Shown: one piece after another, positions 22,856 through 24,000 of the stretch
Position numbering within the stretch: position 1 is the first letter of the stretch
Layout: the number at the start of each line of letters is the position of its first letter
Assembly: GCF_028702905.1 (NCBI RefSeq)
Contig: NZ_JAQVNX010000010.1
Location: 14,354-38,353, forward strand
Origin: Methanofollis sp.
GTDB lineage: Archaea; Halobacteriota; Methanomicrobia; Methanomicrobiales; Methanofollaceae
Length of the DNA: 24,000 bases
Reading direction: 5' to 3'
Position numbers and translations under genes: made by a program
Notes under the pieces: model-generated
Seen by the model: the letters and a program-made list of their open reading frames with translations, nothing else
The model's database searches: none
What the model was told of the DNA's origin: nothing

Positions 22856-23929
22856 ATGCACTATATACAGCCACGGCCCAGTTCGATTGTAGCGGCCCTG
22901 TACACCGCACGCGACCTCGAAGTGGACGTCGCCATTCTTCACGGCCCGTCGGGCTGCTCCTTCAAGCACGCCCGCCTCCTCGAAGAGGACGGGATGCGGG
23001 TCCTGACCACCTCGCTCGCGGACAACGAGTTCATCTTCGGCGGCCAGACCATCCTCGAACGGGTGCTGAAGAACGCGGAGACGGATTTCAGACCGAAGAG
23101 GATGGCGGTCGTCGGCACCTGCGTCTCGATGATCATCGGCGAAGACCTCAGGGCGGCGATCGACTCCTCGGGCGTCACGACGCCGACCATCGGGATCGAC
23201 GTCCACGCGGGCTTCAGGGAGAACATCCAGGGGGTGCTCGCCGCCCTCGAACCGGCCGCGGAGGCCGGGTGGATCAGCGCCGACGAACTGGAGAGGCAGA
23301 GGCGGCTGCTTGCCGCCGCGAACGAGGTCGAACGCCTCAGGGGCGCCGCCTCGAAACCGTACATCGAGCCCTCGCGCGGCGACCTCAAGCACCTCGCCGC
23401 CCGCCGCCTCCTCGCCCTGGCCAGGAGCGGGAAGAAGGGCGTCGCCGTCATGAACGCAAAGAAGGAGACGGCGTACATGTTTGCGGACGAGCTGATCGCC
23501 CTCCACGACGCCTGCCCGGACGCGGACATCACCTACGTCGCGAACCTGGAGAGCCGCGGCCTCCCGAAGGTGCGGACAGACGCCGCCAACGTCCTTGCGG
23601 GCATGCGGGAGCGCGGCCTCGACCCCGAACTCCTCGGCGCCCTCGACGAGTACGGGGCGAACGGCGACGCCGTCGGCGAACGCCTCCGGGAGATCAAGCC
23701 GGACTTCGCTTTCCTTGTCGGCGTGCCCCATGCCGTGCCGCAGGAGTACACCACCGGCATCGAGACGGTCTCTGTCACCAACGGCCCCCGGCAGGTGGCG
23801 CCCCTGAAAGACCTCGGCCATGCGATGGTCGTCGTCGAGGTGGACCTCCACCCGAAGACACTCGGGGTTCGATCGGTCGTGGAGAGCGAGTTCGGCGCGG
23901 TGCTCCGGAGCCTCGCCGGGGAGGAGTGA
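22856..23929 (+). CDS. cfbD: NifD/BchN-like subunit of Ni-sirohydrochlorin a,c-diamide reductive cyclase
   Basis: This uses the internal ATG of track ORF 22406-23929. The motifs ILHGPSGCSFKHARL and AVVGTCVSMIIGEDL are typical of nitrogenase component-1-type oxidoreductases. Confidence 0.8.
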   Translation: MHYIQPRPSSIVAALYTARDLEVDVAILHGPSGCSFKHARLLEEDGMRVLTTSLADNEFIFGGQTILERVLKNAETDFRPKRMAVVGTCVSMIIGEDLRAAIDSSGVTTPTIGIDVHAGFRENIQGVLAALEPAAEAGWISADELERQRRLLAAANEVERLRGAASKPYIEPSRGDLKHLAARRLLALARSGKKGVAVMNAKKETAYMFADELIALHDACPDADITYVANLESRGLPKVRTDAANVLAGMRERGLDPELLGALDEYGANGDAVGERLREIKPDFAFLVGVPHAVPQEYTTGIETVSVTNGPRQVAPLKDLGHAMVVVEVDLHPKTLGVRSVVESEFGAVLRSLAGEE

Positions 23930-23931
23930 AC

Positions 23932-24000
23932 GTGAAGGCCCTCCTCGTTACCGGCGACCGGTCGGGCAGCGGGAAGACGAGCATCACCCTCGCCCTCGCC
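23932..24000 (+). CDS. cfbB: CbiA-like Ni-sirohydrochlorin a,c-diamide synthase, 5' end only (runs off the window)
   Basis: The GTG at 23932 lies 2 nt after the cfbD stop. VKALLVTGDRSGSGKTSITLALA is a CobB/CbiA-type N-terminal P-loop. Confidence 0.6.
   Translation, partial: MKALLVTGDRSGSGKTSITLALA

Noticed and set aside
1-24000. CRISPR arrays, rRNA genes and tRNA genes.
   Set aside because: No regularly spaced direct repeats of 25-40 nt were seen anywhere. No rRNA-like conserved blocks or tRNA cloverleaves were seen on either strand.

Overview
This looks like a chromosomal segment from a high-GC methanogenic euryarchaeon (Methanomicrobiales-like), with a mosaic base composition. All family names below come from motifs read by eye and need HMM or BLAST confirmation.

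GC-rich core blocks:
- A PurM-superfamily gene (4442-5770, minus strand).
- thiD (6720-7517).
- A translationally coupled trio linked to methanopterin biosynthesis: DUF447, a CitG-like protein, and a TIM-barrel protein with an 8-Cys domain (14824-17298, minus strand).
- The start of a tightly packed coenzyme F430 operon, cfbA-cfbE-cfbD-cfbB (21278 to the window end).

AT-richer accessory blocks:
- 1 to about 4200: a decayed IS200/IS605 tnpB 3' end with its terminal hairpin, a secreted S1-type serine protease, and an overlapping operon that ends in a membrane-tethered ArsR-type regulator.
- 7944-12064: two archaeal type IV pilin-like genes, a small polytopic membrane protein whose 3' coding end is duplicated around an inserted hicBA cassette, and a 583-aa GT-C-like membrane protein.
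- 12108-13946: a toxin-antitoxin pile-up, made of a frameshifted hicB plus intact hicA, mntA-hepT, and a DUF104 antitoxin plus a decayed PIN toxin. A further hicBA pair sits at 5906-6396.
- 14176-14610: a zinc-ribbon/TM2 protein whose C-terminus mimics a pilin N-terminal helix.
- 17461-20646: two divergently transcribed secreted surface proteins.

I saw no rRNA, tRNA or CRISPR array.

The observations most worth a second look:
- The hicBA-only cassette bracketed by 75-bp direct repeats.
- The antitoxin broken at a C7G6 tract next to an intact toxin.
- The pilin-like tail on the zinc-ribbon protein.
- The uncharacterised CitG-like/DUF447/8-Cys flavoprotein-like trio.
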